From Acidobacteriota bacterium (GTDB lineage Bacteria > Acidobacteriota > Vicinamibacteria > Vicinamibacterales > CAVVIG01): a stretch of 64,000 bases of DNA. The translations under genes were made by a program, and so were the position numbers. Under the pieces are notes generated by a model. That model saw only the letters and a program-made list of their open reading frames with translations. It had not been told where the DNA came from and did not search any database. The DNA is taken from positions 1,166 through 65,165 of the forward strand of contig JBKPDW010000072.1 in NCBI GenBank assembly GCA_046728115.1, written 5' to 3'. This document shows positions 25,731-35,116 of the stretch, piece after piece (the first letter of the stretch is position 1; the number at the start of each line of letters is the position of its first letter).

Positions 25731-26560
25731 CTCGTCGCCGCGTTCGCGGCGCGTAGCGACGTCAAGTACGACAGCAGATCGTCGAGGTCGCGATCGTTCA
25801 GTCGATCGGGCCCGTAGACGGGCATCAACGACTGCTTGTCGATCGTGAGGGTAGTCAGGTTGGCCTTGAGGAATCCCCGCAGCTGCTCGCGCGTATCCAT
25901 GATCTGGATCGAGAACTCGTCTTCGTTCTTTTTGACGCCGCGAATCCGCTCCCCCTCGCGCGTCACGATCGTCACCGGCTCGTATCCCGGCCTGATGACG
26001 TCGCTCGATCCTCGCAGCTTGCTCACGAGGCCTGCGCGCGGCCGGCCCGATCCAATCCGCGACAGATCGGGGCCGAGCTGCCCGCCACGGCCATTCGCTC
26101 TGTGACAACTGCTGCAGTTGGCGCGGAAGATCTGCTCGCCGTTGCCGGCATCGCCCGTCGATGCCGATGCGGGCGTGGCGTTCAAGGTTCGGACGTAGGC
26201 GAGGATTTGCCAGATGTCCTTGTCGAGCACACGCTGCGGATCGGCGGCGGTCATCTCCGTGCCCGGTACGCCTCGCCGCACGATGTCGAACATCCGGTCG
26301 TCGGTCCCACCCGCGGCCCAGAACCCGGTGAGGTCTGGGCCGAGATATCCGCGCGCATCGGGACCGTGACAGCCCGCGCACCGTGTACGGAACATTGCGC
26401 CGCCGTTGCTGATCGCCTGAGGATTTCCCTCGAGTGGATTCTTCGTGGGACGCGCATCGGCGCGCGCCGCGGTCCGATCCTGAGCCATCGCGAGGCGCTC
26501 CCCGCCGAGGCCGAGCGCCATCGTCATCAACGCTGCGATCATCGACGCTGTCCGCCCCAC
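25727..26560 (-). CDS. Secreted di-haem c-type cytochrome (CAGCH and CSSCH) with C-terminal extension; paralogue of 857..1636
   Basis: Two CxxCH motifs. The C-terminal ...SLMPVYGPDRLNDRDLDDLLSYLTSLR parallels ...SPMPSYRNKLTPDEINDVVAYLVSLK in 857..1636. Confidence 0.85.
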   Translation of the reverse strand: MGRTASMIAALMTMALGLGGERLAMAQDRTAARADARPTKNPLEGNPQAISNGGAMFRTRCAGCHGPDARGYLGPDLTGFWAAGGTDDRMFDIVRRGVPGTEMTAADPQRVLDKDIWQILAYVRTLNATPASASTGDAGNGEQIFRANCSSCHRANGRGGQLGPDLSRIGSGRPRAGLVSKLRGSSDVIRPGYEPVTIVTREGERIRGVKKNEDEFSIQIMDTREQLRGFLKANLTTLTIDKQSLMPVYGPDRLNDRDLDDLLSYLTSLRAANAATR

Positions 26561-26570
26561 GGCCGCCTCC

Positions 26571-27929
26571 TTATCGCGTGCCTGGTCTGGCGCCGTTCTC
26601 CAGGAGAAACCTGACGACAGTGTCGTACTTCAAGGCTTTCGCCGCATCCAGAGCGGTGCGACCGTCGACGTTGGCCGCATTGGCATCGACGCCAAGCTCA
26701 ATGGCCAGTTTGACCGCGTCGAGTGTCAGCTCCTCGCGCGCGCTGCGTTCGGGCAGGATCCACGCCTCGCCGCCGCCCATTCCGACCGCCGCCATGAGGG
26801 CGGTCGTCACGTCCGTCCGGTGTTGAAACCCACTGCCGCCTCTCGCCTCCACGACGTGATCGCCGTGGTGGACGAACAGCGGATCCGCGCCGTGTGCCAC
26901 GAGGGTGCGCATGACGTTCGGCTGCGCGAAGCGCGCAGCCAGCCAGAACGGCGTCGCGCCGACGAGTTCGGGGCTGAAATGAAAGTCTTTCGACGAGCGG
27001 CGCGTGGGCGTCCAGTTCCGGACCGGGGCGTTCGCGTCCGCGCCGTGCGTGAGGAGAACGGTGACCATTCTCTCGTCGCGGCGCATGATCGCGGCATGCA
27101 GCGCCGTAAACCCCGCCTCCGCCGCGTTCGGGTCGGCGCGGTGCTCGAGCAGGAACTCCACCAGCTCCGGATATCCGGCGTGCGCGGCCAGAGTCACGGC
27201 GCCGACCCCCCACGCGTCTCGGTCGTTGACATTGGCGCCCGCAGCCACCAGAAGCTTAGCCGACGCGAGGTCGCCGACACGCGCGGCGAACATCAATGCC
27301 GTCTCGCCCCCGAATGGGACCGACCGGTTGTAGTCGAGATACCCGTGGGGCGGCACCGCCATCACCTGGCTCCAGGTGTTCGATCGGGCGTGCACGTCGG
27401 CACCGTGCGCGAGCATCACCGCGACGACCTCGGGATGCTTCTGCGCGACCGCCCACATGAGCGCAGTTTGCCCGCGCGCGGCATGTGCGTCGAGGTTGGC
27501 GCCTCTGGCGATCAGGTGTTCGACGACCGCTGGATTGCCGGAGCGCGACGCGACCATCAGGGGCGTCTCCCCACGCAGGAGCGCCGCATTCGGATTCGCG
27601 CCAGCGTCGAGCAATCGCCGGACCATCGCCTCGCTGCCGTTCAGGCAGGCACTCCAGAGCGGCGTGACGCCTAAATCGGTCGTCGCGTTCACACTGGCGC
27701 CGGCGCGAATGAGCAGGTCCGCGCTCTCGACGTCGTTTCGATAGCTTGCCCAATGCAGCGCGGTGGTGCCATCGGCTTCGGCCGCGTTGACGTCCGCCTT
27801 TTTCAGCAGCAGCGCGCGCAGAGTCGCGCTGTCGGCGTTCTTCGCCGCGTCAACGAGGGCTGGGCGTTCCGCGGCAATGCCCGCAGCGGCACCAAGCCAA
27901 ACGGCCAATAGCGCGAACAGTCGTCGCAT
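26571..27929 (-). CDS. Secreted ankyrin-repeat protein (copy 2)
   Basis: MRRLFALLAVWLGAAAGIAA signal and multiple ankyrin units. Shares the unusual internal block ...LVGATPFWLAARFAQPNVMRTLVAHGAD with copy 1. Confidence 0.85.
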   Translation of the reverse strand: MRRLFALLAVWLGAAAGIAAERPALVDAAKNADSATLRALLLKKADVNAAEADGTTALHWASYRNDVESADLLIRAGASVNATTDLGVTPLWSACLNGSEAMVRRLLDAGANPNAALLRGETPLMVASRSGNPAVVEHLIARGANLDAHAARGQTALMWAVAQKHPEVVAVMLAHGADVHARSNTWSQVMAVPPHGYLDYNRSVPFGGETALMFAARVGDLASAKLLVAAGANVNDRDAWGVGAVTLAAHAGYPELVEFLLEHRADPNAAEAGFTALHAAIMRRDERMVTVLLTHGADANAPVRNWTPTRRSSKDFHFSPELVGATPFWLAARFAQPNVMRTLVAHGADPLFVHHGDHVVEARGGSGFQHRTDVTTALMAAVGMGGGEAWILPERSAREELTLDAVKLAIELGVDANAANVDGRTALDAAKALKYDTVVRFLLENGARPGTR

Positions 27930-27932
27930 GCG

Positions 27933-29273
27933 TTACAGCCCTGACAGCGTGTCGAGCGGCAGTTCGCCGGTGCTGCCGCCGATCTTCTCCACCGGCGCGC
28001 CCATTTTGTCCATCAGCGTGACCAGCAGGTTGGCCATCGTCGGCTCGTCGGAGTACTTGAGATGCCGGCCGCCCATGTGCGTCCCCGCGCCGCCGCCCAT
28101 GATTAGGATCGGCAGGTTGTCCCCGGCATGGCGCGTGCTGTTGGAAATGCCGGAGCCATAGAGGATCGTCGTGTGATCCAGGAGCGACCCCTCGCCATCG
28201 GGCGTCGCGCGCAGCTTGGCCAGGTACTGGGAGAAGAGCTGCGTGTGATATCGGTTGATCTTCGACATGCGCGCGATCAACTCGGGAATATCGTTGTGGT
28301 GCGAGAGCGGATGGTGCGCCTCCGGCACCCCGATTTGCGGGTACGGGCGCGCGCTCTGTTCCTTGCCGATCATGAAGGTGACGATGCGCGTGAGATCCGA
28401 TTGAAACGCCAGGAGCTGCAGGTCGAGCATCAGCGCGAGATGATCCTCGAAGACCGGCGGTGCGCCCTGCGGCTGCTCCAGCGTAGGCAGCTCCAGGTCG
28501 GCCTGTTCCTCGGCTCGCTGAATGCGACGCTCGACGTCGCGAATGGCCTCTGTGTACTCATCGATCTTGATGTGATCCTGCGGCCCAAGATCCTTCCTGA
28601 GGGTCGCGAGCTTCTCCGACACCGAGTCGAGAATGCTCTTGTGCTGCCGCAACCGAGCTTCGCGCGCGGCGCGGTCCGTGCTGCCGCTGTCGCCAAACAG
28701 TCGCTCGAAGACCGCCCGGGGATTCCATTCCATCGGCAACGGCTGCGTCGGACTGCGCCACGACAGGGTGTGCGTGTAGACGCAGCTCAGGTTGCCGGTG
28801 CACGCGCCTGCGTTGGCCGGAACATCCATCGAGAGCTCGAGCGATGCGACCTGCGTCTCGCCGCCAAAGTGCCGCGCGAGCAGCTGATCGATCGACACGT
28901 CCGCGACGATCTCGATTTCGTTCCGTCCTCCGCGCGAGGTGCCCGTCAGAAACGATCCAGACGCGCCCGCGTGGATGTAATTCCAGTTCGCCTTGATGCC
29001 CGACAGCACGAGCATCTGATTTCGGTACGGCGCAAGGGGTTCCAGAATCGGGGAGAGATCGAAATCCGTGCCCTCGCCTTTCGGCGACCAGTACTCCATG
29101 GCCATGCCATTCGGCACGTAAAAGGTCTGGAAGCGGTGGGCCGGCTTCGCGGCTGCCCGGCCGCGCCGCGAGAAGGCGGGAAGCATCGCCTCGAGAAAGG
29201 GCAGCGCTATCGTTGCGCCCAGGCCCCGAAGGACCGTCCGCCGCGGCAGCGATTTCGTCGTGAGGAAAGGCAT
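27933..29273 (-). CDS. DUF1552 (HxxSHH) family protein with Tat-type leader (copy 2)
   Basis: MPFLTTKSLPRRTVLRGLGATIALPFL and HHPLSHH. Collinear with 20290..21633 over its full length. Confidence 0.85.
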   Translation of the reverse strand: MPFLTTKSLPRRTVLRGLGATIALPFLEAMLPAFSRRGRAAAKPAHRFQTFYVPNGMAMEYWSPKGEGTDFDLSPILEPLAPYRNQMLVLSGIKANWNYIHAGASGSFLTGTSRGGRNEIEIVADVSIDQLLARHFGGETQVASLELSMDVPANAGACTGNLSCVYTHTLSWRSPTQPLPMEWNPRAVFERLFGDSGSTDRAAREARLRQHKSILDSVSEKLATLRKDLGPQDHIKIDEYTEAIRDVERRIQRAEEQADLELPTLEQPQGAPPVFEDHLALMLDLQLLAFQSDLTRIVTFMIGKEQSARPYPQIGVPEAHHPLSHHNDIPELIARMSKINRYHTQLFSQYLAKLRATPDGEGSLLDHTTILYGSGISNSTRHAGDNLPILIMGGGAGTHMGGRHLKYSDEPTMANLLVTLMDKMGAPVEKIGGSTGELPLDTLSGL

Positions 29274-29274
29274 A

Positions 29275-31833
29275 TCAATTCACTTTCCCGAGAAACGTCG
29301 GGCTTTGGACAATTCCGAGAATGATCGACGACCAGCGGTAGTCGTGCGCAGCCGCACCTCGGACGATCGTGCGAACGGAGGGTCGGTCGTAGTACTGCAG
29401 CCTGCGACCGAGCGCATATGCCAACAGCTTTTCGGTCACCGTGCGGGGAAACTGCTCGGGCTGCTCGAGCAGAAAAGCCCGCAGGCCCGAAAGTCCTTCG
29501 ACTCTCGCACCGCTGACGGTGGTGCCGCTCGCGTCGACCTTCTGGCCAGACTCGTCAACGGTCCGCCAGCCACCAATCACGTCGAAGTTTTCCAGTGCGA
29601 ACCCGAGCGGATCGATGGCCGAATGACAACTGTTGCACGACGGGTTCTGCCGATGTTCGGCCAGCCGCTCTCGTATCGATGTCGGCCGTGCGCCCGGTTT
29701 GGTGTTCAGGTTCATGTCCACGCCGGGCGGGGGTGGGGGGACCGGCAGACCGAACATGTTGTTCAGCAGCCATTTCCCACGCAAGACAGGTGACGTGCGA
29801 TCAGGGTACGACGTGGTCGCCAGCAGCGCGCCTTCCGCGAGCAGGCCGCCGCGCTGGTCGTGGTTTGGCAGCGTTACACGGCGAAAGCGGCTGCCGTACA
29901 CGCCGGGAATTCCGTAATGCCGCGCCAGCCTTTCGTTGACGAACGTGTAATCCGCATTCAGGAGATCGACAACGCTCCGATCCTCGCGGATCGTGCTGCC
30001 GACAAAGAGCTCGGTTTCCCGCCGAAACGCCTGCATCAGGCTCAGGTCGTAGTTGGGATAACGCTCGGGATCCACGACGACTTCATCGATCCGGCGAAGA
30101 TTCAACCACTGGGCGGCGAAATCGTCGACCAGCGCTTCCGTGGCGCGCGGGTCTGCCAGCATCCGCCGCACTTCCCGTTCGAGAACGGGAGGGCTGGTCA
30201 GTTGGCCGCGCTCGGCCAACGTCAGCAAGCGATCATCCGGGATGCTGCTCCAGAGGAAAAACGACAAGCGAGAAGCGACTTCGATGTCGCTGAGTTGATT
30301 CGAATCCTGATGGACGCGCAGGAGGAAGTCCGGGTCGACGAGCATGCGTTCGAGCGCGAATTGGATGCCGCCGTCAAAGTGACCGGCCTCGCGTCGACCC
30401 GCATCGAAGAAGTCTCGCAGCACCTGCACGTCGCGGTTTGTCACGGGCCGGCGGTACGCGAGACGGGCCAGTCGCGAAAGAATCTCCGAGGCGCAGCGTT
30501 GCTCGTCTGCGGCACGCGTGGGATGGCAACTGAAGATCGCCCGGCGACTCGGAGTAGCTTGCCCCCTTCCCGATTGCTTGTAAGGCCCTCCGATCTGAAC
30601 AGAGCCCACGCTTGCGTAATCCATGTACACCTGGTCGTCCGTGATGACCCGGCCTCTTTGCAAGGGTTGCGGGAGACCCTCCGGCTCCCACAGCTCCCTC
30701 ACGAACGACACGCCGACGATGTGCAATCCTCGATCGACTGGAACGCGGACTTCGAGACCAGCGTCTCCGCCGATCTGCATGTACTTTTCCCACGAGTCAT
30801 CGCCGGCAAAACCCGGCTCGCCGTCGCCGGCATAGCTGGCCGCGGCGGGCCTGCCTTGCGCGCCGCCTCCGACCGTAAACCGCTTCACCAGCTTGCCATC
30901 GAGGCGCACATCGAGTTGCTGCGGCCAGCCCATCCCCTTGATGTAGTCCTGATACTGCCGCTGGAGACGAACTTTGATCGCGTACTCGCCGTCTACGGGA
31001 AACTCGTGGCGAATCGCAAGACCGCCGCGAGATCCGAGCGGCAGATCTTCGCTCTGGCGGTCATCCTGCACGACGTGCAGCGGAATCTCGAAGGTCTCGA
31101 CTCGCGGGCTCGTGGGCGGAAGACCTGTGGCGAGTCGCGTGACCTGTCGGGCGACCGACAGGTATCGCTCGAGATGGGCCGTCGAAATCGAAAGGGAGTC
31201 AGCGAAATTGTCGAAGCTGCCGTCCGCGGTCTCATCGCCCGGCAGGAGCGGCCTGACGTCAAAGCTCAGCGGGTCGAGCCCGAACAGGTCGCGCACCGCG
31301 TTGCTGTACTCGGTGCGATTGAGACGGTGAACCGCGCTGATCGTTCCCGGATTCGGCTTGGCCGCCCATGCGCGATCGATTTCCGTCTCCAACCACTCCG
31401 CTACGGCACGGTACGTCGCCTGGTCCGGCCGCGGTTTCCCCGGCGGCGGCATCGAGCCGGCTCGAAGCTTTGCGATCACGCGCTCCCACGACTCCGCATT
31501 GGCACTTGGCCTGGTCACGTCCAGTCCATCGAGCGCAAGCCCGGCGGTCCGCAGTCTCTGGTTATGGCAGGTGACGCAGTACGTGTCGAGGACGGCCCGC
31601 GGCGAAGCGGAGGCTGCCGGCTCGGGCGCCGATTGCGTCTGTCGAGCCGCCTCCGCGCCTGCGCGCTCCGTCGACTGCTCGGCAAAGATGTCCAGTGCGC
31701 GTAGGCGAGCGGAGGTGTGGATGCCTGACAGCGAGACGACGCAACTGGTGACGACGAGCGCGCAGATCGATCCCCGTGCCACGCGAGGGAGCAGCCCGAC
31801 CGTGCGCCGCCTGTCGTGCCCGGAACACTGCAT
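29275..31833 (-). CDS. DUF1592/DUF1588-type multidomain protein with two CxxCH motifs (CVTCH, CNSCH) (copy 2)
   Basis: YCVTCHNQRLRTAGLALD... and ...QNPSCNSCHSAIDPLGFALENFD.... Its stop lies 1 nt from the DUF1552 start. Confidence 0.85.
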   Translation of the reverse strand: MQCSGHDRRRTVGLLPRVARGSICALVVTSCVVSLSGIHTSARLRALDIFAEQSTERAGAEAARQTQSAPEPAASASPRAVLDTYCVTCHNQRLRTAGLALDGLDVTRPSANAESWERVIAKLRAGSMPPPGKPRPDQATYRAVAEWLETEIDRAWAAKPNPGTISAVHRLNRTEYSNAVRDLFGLDPLSFDVRPLLPGDETADGSFDNFADSLSISTAHLERYLSVARQVTRLATGLPPTSPRVETFEIPLHVVQDDRQSEDLPLGSRGGLAIRHEFPVDGEYAIKVRLQRQYQDYIKGMGWPQQLDVRLDGKLVKRFTVGGGAQGRPAAASYAGDGEPGFAGDDSWEKYMQIGGDAGLEVRVPVDRGLHIVGVSFVRELWEPEGLPQPLQRGRVITDDQVYMDYASVGSVQIGGPYKQSGRGQATPSRRAIFSCHPTRAADEQRCASEILSRLARLAYRRPVTNRDVQVLRDFFDAGRREAGHFDGGIQFALERMLVDPDFLLRVHQDSNQLSDIEVASRLSFFLWSSIPDDRLLTLAERGQLTSPPVLEREVRRMLADPRATEALVDDFAAQWLNLRRIDEVVVDPERYPNYDLSLMQAFRRETELFVGSTIREDRSVVDLLNADYTFVNERLARHYGIPGVYGSRFRRVTLPNHDQRGGLLAEGALLATTSYPDRTSPVLRGKWLLNNMFGLPVPPPPPGVDMNLNTKPGARPTSIRERLAEHRQNPSCNSCHSAIDPLGFALENFDVIGGWRTVDESGQKVDASGTTVSGARVEGLSGLRAFLLEQPEQFPRTVTEKLLAYALGRRLQYYDRPSVRTIVRGAAAHDYRWSSIILGIVQSPTFLGKVN

Positions 31834-32047
31834 TCGTCGAGCAGTCTCCGGGCGTCATTCTGCCCGATACGTCGAGAACAAGTAAAGCGATTGCGAGCCT
31901 GATGAGGCCCGCACTCCGCATTTCCAATCAGAAGATGTAACGCAGACTCAGCTGCACGTCACGGCGTGCGTCGGTTGCTGGTGATGCGGCCGACGTCTGC
32001 GTTGCTCGGGTCCGACGAGGCCACAGGCATTAGGGTTTGGAAAGGTA

Positions 32048-33097
32048 TCAAGAAGAGGCGCCTGACTGTCCGGCCGGCCCAGAAACGCGGGGAGGAACAG
32101 CGTCCGCTTCCGCCGTTTTCCAGACACGCGCGCCATCGGTCCGGAACGGCCCGCAGTACACGCAACCTTCAACCGCCAAGGCGTCGAGCGCGGCACGTAG
32201 CCGGTCGGCGAGGCGCCGTTCGGCGTCGTCACCCTCGACGACTCCGTAGACGGCAGGGCCCCACGAGCTCTGTCCGACACCCGATGCGCCCAGTTCGGTC
32301 ATGCGGCGAACAAGTTCTTCGCTCGCTCCGGGCGCAAATATGCCGCCTTGCACCTCGGCGAACCAGCGGCCCGTGATCGCCTGGATCGCCGTGAGCGCGC
32401 TGCCGAACGTGGCGAGATCGCCCTCCACGATCGCGGGCAGGAGCGCCATGACGACGAGATGTGCCACATTCGCCACGTCGCGCTCGGACGGCGGAGGAAG
32501 CTGCGCAAAGGCCGCAGCTTCCGTGGCGCCGCTGATAGCGGGTGGCGCGTCGGGCACGGCGACAACGCATCGCCAAGTGGGCGGGAACGGCAGCCGCGCG
32601 AGCAACGGCGCAACGGCGTGACTCGTCTCGCGCCGACCGCCCTCGATGACGAGACCCCCCCCGGCGAAGGTCCACGTGCCGACGGCGGATCGGTGCGCGC
32701 GTCCCATGGCGCGGGCGAGATCAGGGGCGTGCGACGAGAGGCCATGCAGCTCCGCCAACGCTCGTGCGACGGCTAACGCGAGCTGCGTGCCCGACCCAAG
32801 TCCGGCGTGCTTGGGAAGCGCCCGATGCACGCAGAGCCTGCCACCGCCACGCCGCAGGTCATGATGGTCCAGGAATCGACGTGCAAAGGCAGTGGCCCTT
32901 TCGGCATCATCGCCGATGATCTCCAGGGTGTCGGCCGGAGTCGCCGAGACGAGAAGCGTTGGCGCAGGCGCCGCCGCGCCGATCCCCCCGAACCTTCGTC
33001 CCAGATCTCCGCGAAGGTCGAGCAGCCCGAAATGGAGCCGCGCAGCGGTTTCGACAAAGACCGTGCGCCCATCAGCCAACGCGCCGCCGCTCGTCAT
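32048..33097 (-). CDS. mptG: Beta-ribofuranosylaminobenzene 5'-phosphate synthase (GHMP-kinase fold; first committed step of methanopterin synthesis)
   Basis: Trimmed to Met103 (MTSGGALADGRTVFVETAARLHFGLLDL...). GHMP motif PKHAGLGSGTQLALAVA. ATGA overlap at 33094-33097. Confidence 0.85.
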   Translation of the reverse strand: MTSGGALADGRTVFVETAARLHFGLLDLRGDLGRRFGGIGAAAPAPTLLVSATPADTLEIIGDDAERATAFARRFLDHHDLRRGGGRLCVHRALPKHAGLGSGTQLALAVARALAELHGLSSHAPDLARAMGRAHRSAVGTWTFAGGGLVIEGGRRETSHAVAPLLARLPFPPTWRCVVAVPDAPPAISGATEAAAFAQLPPPSERDVANVAHLVVMALLPAIVEGDLATFGSALTAIQAITGRWFAEVQGGIFAPGASEELVRRMTELGASGVGQSSWGPAVYGVVEGDDAERRLADRLRAALDALAVEGCVYCGPFRTDGARVWKTAEADAVPPRVSGPAGQSGASS

Positions 33098-33660
33098 GCG
33101 CGTTCTGAGTTCACGGGCGTTGACCGGACGTGTTCGGTGAGCAGGGCCATCGCCTCGAGCTCCGGCGGACCTGCGGTCTTGTCCACGATGACCTGGAGCC
33201 GCGCCAGCTCGCTCTCGACGAACGGGCGAGCCAGCAGGTGCAGGCGTGTGGCGTAGATCGCCGCTTCGAGCACCGCGTGGCGGGCGCGATTGAAGCCGAT
33301 GAATTCGCGACGCACGCCGCGGTGAACGACGGTCATCTCGATTCGCGATCGCGGCACCGTGCTGTCGATCGAGCTGACCCTCAACTCCCGCCACGAGCAG
33401 CAATCGGCGAGCACGACCCCGCGGACTGTGACTGCGGGCACTGTTGGGTATTGGGGGTTCCCGATGGCGGCACTCGCGAACACCCGTACATCGTCAGTGA
33501 GGTTGACAACGGCGGCTTTCGTCGCCACGACGTTTCGATACGTCGTCGTCTCGAGGAACGGTTTGAGGACGAGGACCGTCTCTCCCCATTCGACGCCCAT
33601 CGGGGCGCAGTTCACTGCGCCGTCCTCGGCGACGGTCGTGACGATGGTTTCGAGAATCAC
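33094..33660 (-). CDS. DUF447 family protein (split-barrel, flavin-binding-like), H4MPT-cluster associated
   Basis: MILETIVTTVAEDGAVNCAPMGVEW... is the usual DUF447 N-terminus. The family is typically found in methanopterin gene clusters. Confidence 0.75.
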   Translation of the reverse strand: MILETIVTTVAEDGAVNCAPMGVEWGETVLVLKPFLETTTYRNVVATKAAVVNLTDDVRVFASAAIGNPQYPTVPAVTVRGVVLADCCSWRELRVSSIDSTVPRSRIEMTVVHRGVRREFIGFNRARHAVLEAAIYATRLHLLARPFVESELARLQVIVDKTAGPPELEAMALLTEHVRSTPVNSERA

Positions 33661-33670
33661 AGGTCAGCGT

Positions 33671-35116
33671 TCACGTATCGGACTTGCTGCGCGGTTGCGC
33701 GTTCAGCCTGATGTGTTCCGACTTTACATCATCGGGCGGGGTCAGATACCCCCAGGCGAGCGCGCCTTCCTGACGGTAGGTCTTGCCGAGCGTGACCGCA
33801 AGGCTTGCCCGCGCCAGTTCCTTGCCAAGGTAGAACGCATGCGCAGCGTCATCCACGTCAAGCCGCGCGAAGATGCCCGCTATGTTGGGCAGATCAGTGC
33901 TGCGTACGAAGCGCTCATTGTTCAGCACGGTGATTGCCGATTCGTCGGTGAAGATGCGGTAGTTCGGATCGGTAATCTCCGATTGCAGCGCCCGCAATTC
34001 ATCTTCGCTGTACACGAGCACAGCAGGATCCTTGGTCGTCACGAGTCGGTCGTCCATGCCTTTCGGCGCGGTGTGCCCCGTTACGGCGTAGTGCATCAGG
34101 CGCCGGGCGATGTCGACCTCGCGGACGGCGCCGCGCGCCCACGGGATCACCTCCGTGGTCAGCACCGTTCGCACGCCCAGCTCCTGGCACACCGCGATCA
34201 GGAGCGCGTTCACGCCTGTTGAATCCGCAGCAGTCATCTCCGTCAGGTTGCCAATACCCATCAACATTCCCGCGTCGGGGTGCCGCCTTCGGACTTCCGC
34301 ATAGCGTTCGAGCGAGGCGAAGAAGCCGTAGCCGATCGGCTCGAGAATCGGATCGATGAGGTACGGAACACCCTGGCGGACGAGCTTCTCGAGTGTTGGC
34401 TCCAGGGTGTCGAGCGTGCCACCGAGATCGGGGACGACGACCGCGCGCGCACCGGTGCCGGCCAGATCACGCGCCACATCGATGTTCGAGCTGTTGAGGC
34501 TCAGCACCAGTTCCGCTCCGGCTGCCACAGCGGTGCGAATCTCGTCAGGGTCGAAGGTGTCGACGCTTACCCGGATTCCCGCGGCCACGAGCTCGCGCAC
34601 CACATCGCCGAGCGACGGGAAGCCGAGCCCTGGCGTGCACCCGATGTCGATGAGGTCGGCGCCCGACGCGCGGAAGTAGTTCGCCGTGTCGCTCAGCGCT
34701 GCGCGCGTGAGCCGAGGTGCGTTGTTGATTTCGGCGACGATCTCGATATCCGACGCGCCGTACTCGCGTGCGACGGCTGCCCGGCCGAAGTACTTCGGGA
34801 TTTCGCGCAGGTCCTTCGGGCCTTTATCCACAGCGACGCCGACGTGATCGGCGACCGTCTTCGGATCCCCCTCGCACAGCCCCGGAATGAGCACGAGATC
34901 CGTGTCCTGCGGCACGGCGAGGTGGCGCGCTATCCAGGACGTCGTCATCAACGCCGCGACCGTGATGCCGAGCACGGCCACGTCGTACGCAAAAGGCGGC
35001 GCCATCTCGGCAAGCACGCGGCGCAGCGCCGGTTCGGCCAGCCGTCCGGTGACGAACAGCACGCGCTGCGGCCGACGAGCGTCGTGTGCCGTCGCCGAGG
35101 CCGGGGCGTTCGCCAT
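33671..35116 (-). CDS. Dihydropteroate-synthase-like pterin-binding protein of methanopterin biosynthesis
   Basis: ~480 aa. Central ...ADLIDIGCTPG...VSVDTFDPDEIRTAVAAGAELVLSLN... pterin-binding-barrel pattern. Its start shares 1 nt with the upstream stop (TGATG at 35114-35118). Confidence 0.8.
   Translation of the reverse strand: MANAPASATAHDARRPQRVLFVTGRLAEPALRRVLAEMAPPFAYDVAVLGITVAALMTTSWIARHLAVPQDTDLVLIPGLCEGDPKTVADHVGVAVDKGPKDLREIPKYFGRAAVAREYGASDIEIVAEINNAPRLTRAALSDTANYFRASGADLIDIGCTPGLGFPSLGDVVRELVAAGIRVSVDTFDPDEIRTAVAAGAELVLSLNSSNIDVARDLAGTGARAVVVPDLGGTLDTLEPTLEKLVRQGVPYLIDPILEPIGYGFFASLERYAEVRRRHPDAGMLMGIGNLTEMTAADSTGVNALLIAVCQELGVRTVLTTEVIPWARGAVREVDIARRLMHYAVTGHTAPKGMDDRLVTTKDPAVLVYSEDELRALQSEITDPNYRIFTDESAITVLNNERFVRSTDLPNIAGIFARLDVDDAAHAFYLGKELARASLAVTLGKTYRQEGALAWGYLTPPDDVKSEHIRLNAQPRSKSDT

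Noticed and set aside
22995-25817. 940-aa plus-strand ORF spanning the DUF1592 copy 1 and PQQ dehydrogenase 3 loci
   Set aside because: It is antisense to two well-supported genes and crosses their intergenic gap. Low-complexity Arg-rich composition marks it as a shadow ORF. The same reasoning applies to 9093..11240-, 18837..20375+, 29860..31704+, 53433..55184+, 15144..16358+, 15655..16965-, 47036..48439+ and 49050..50552+.
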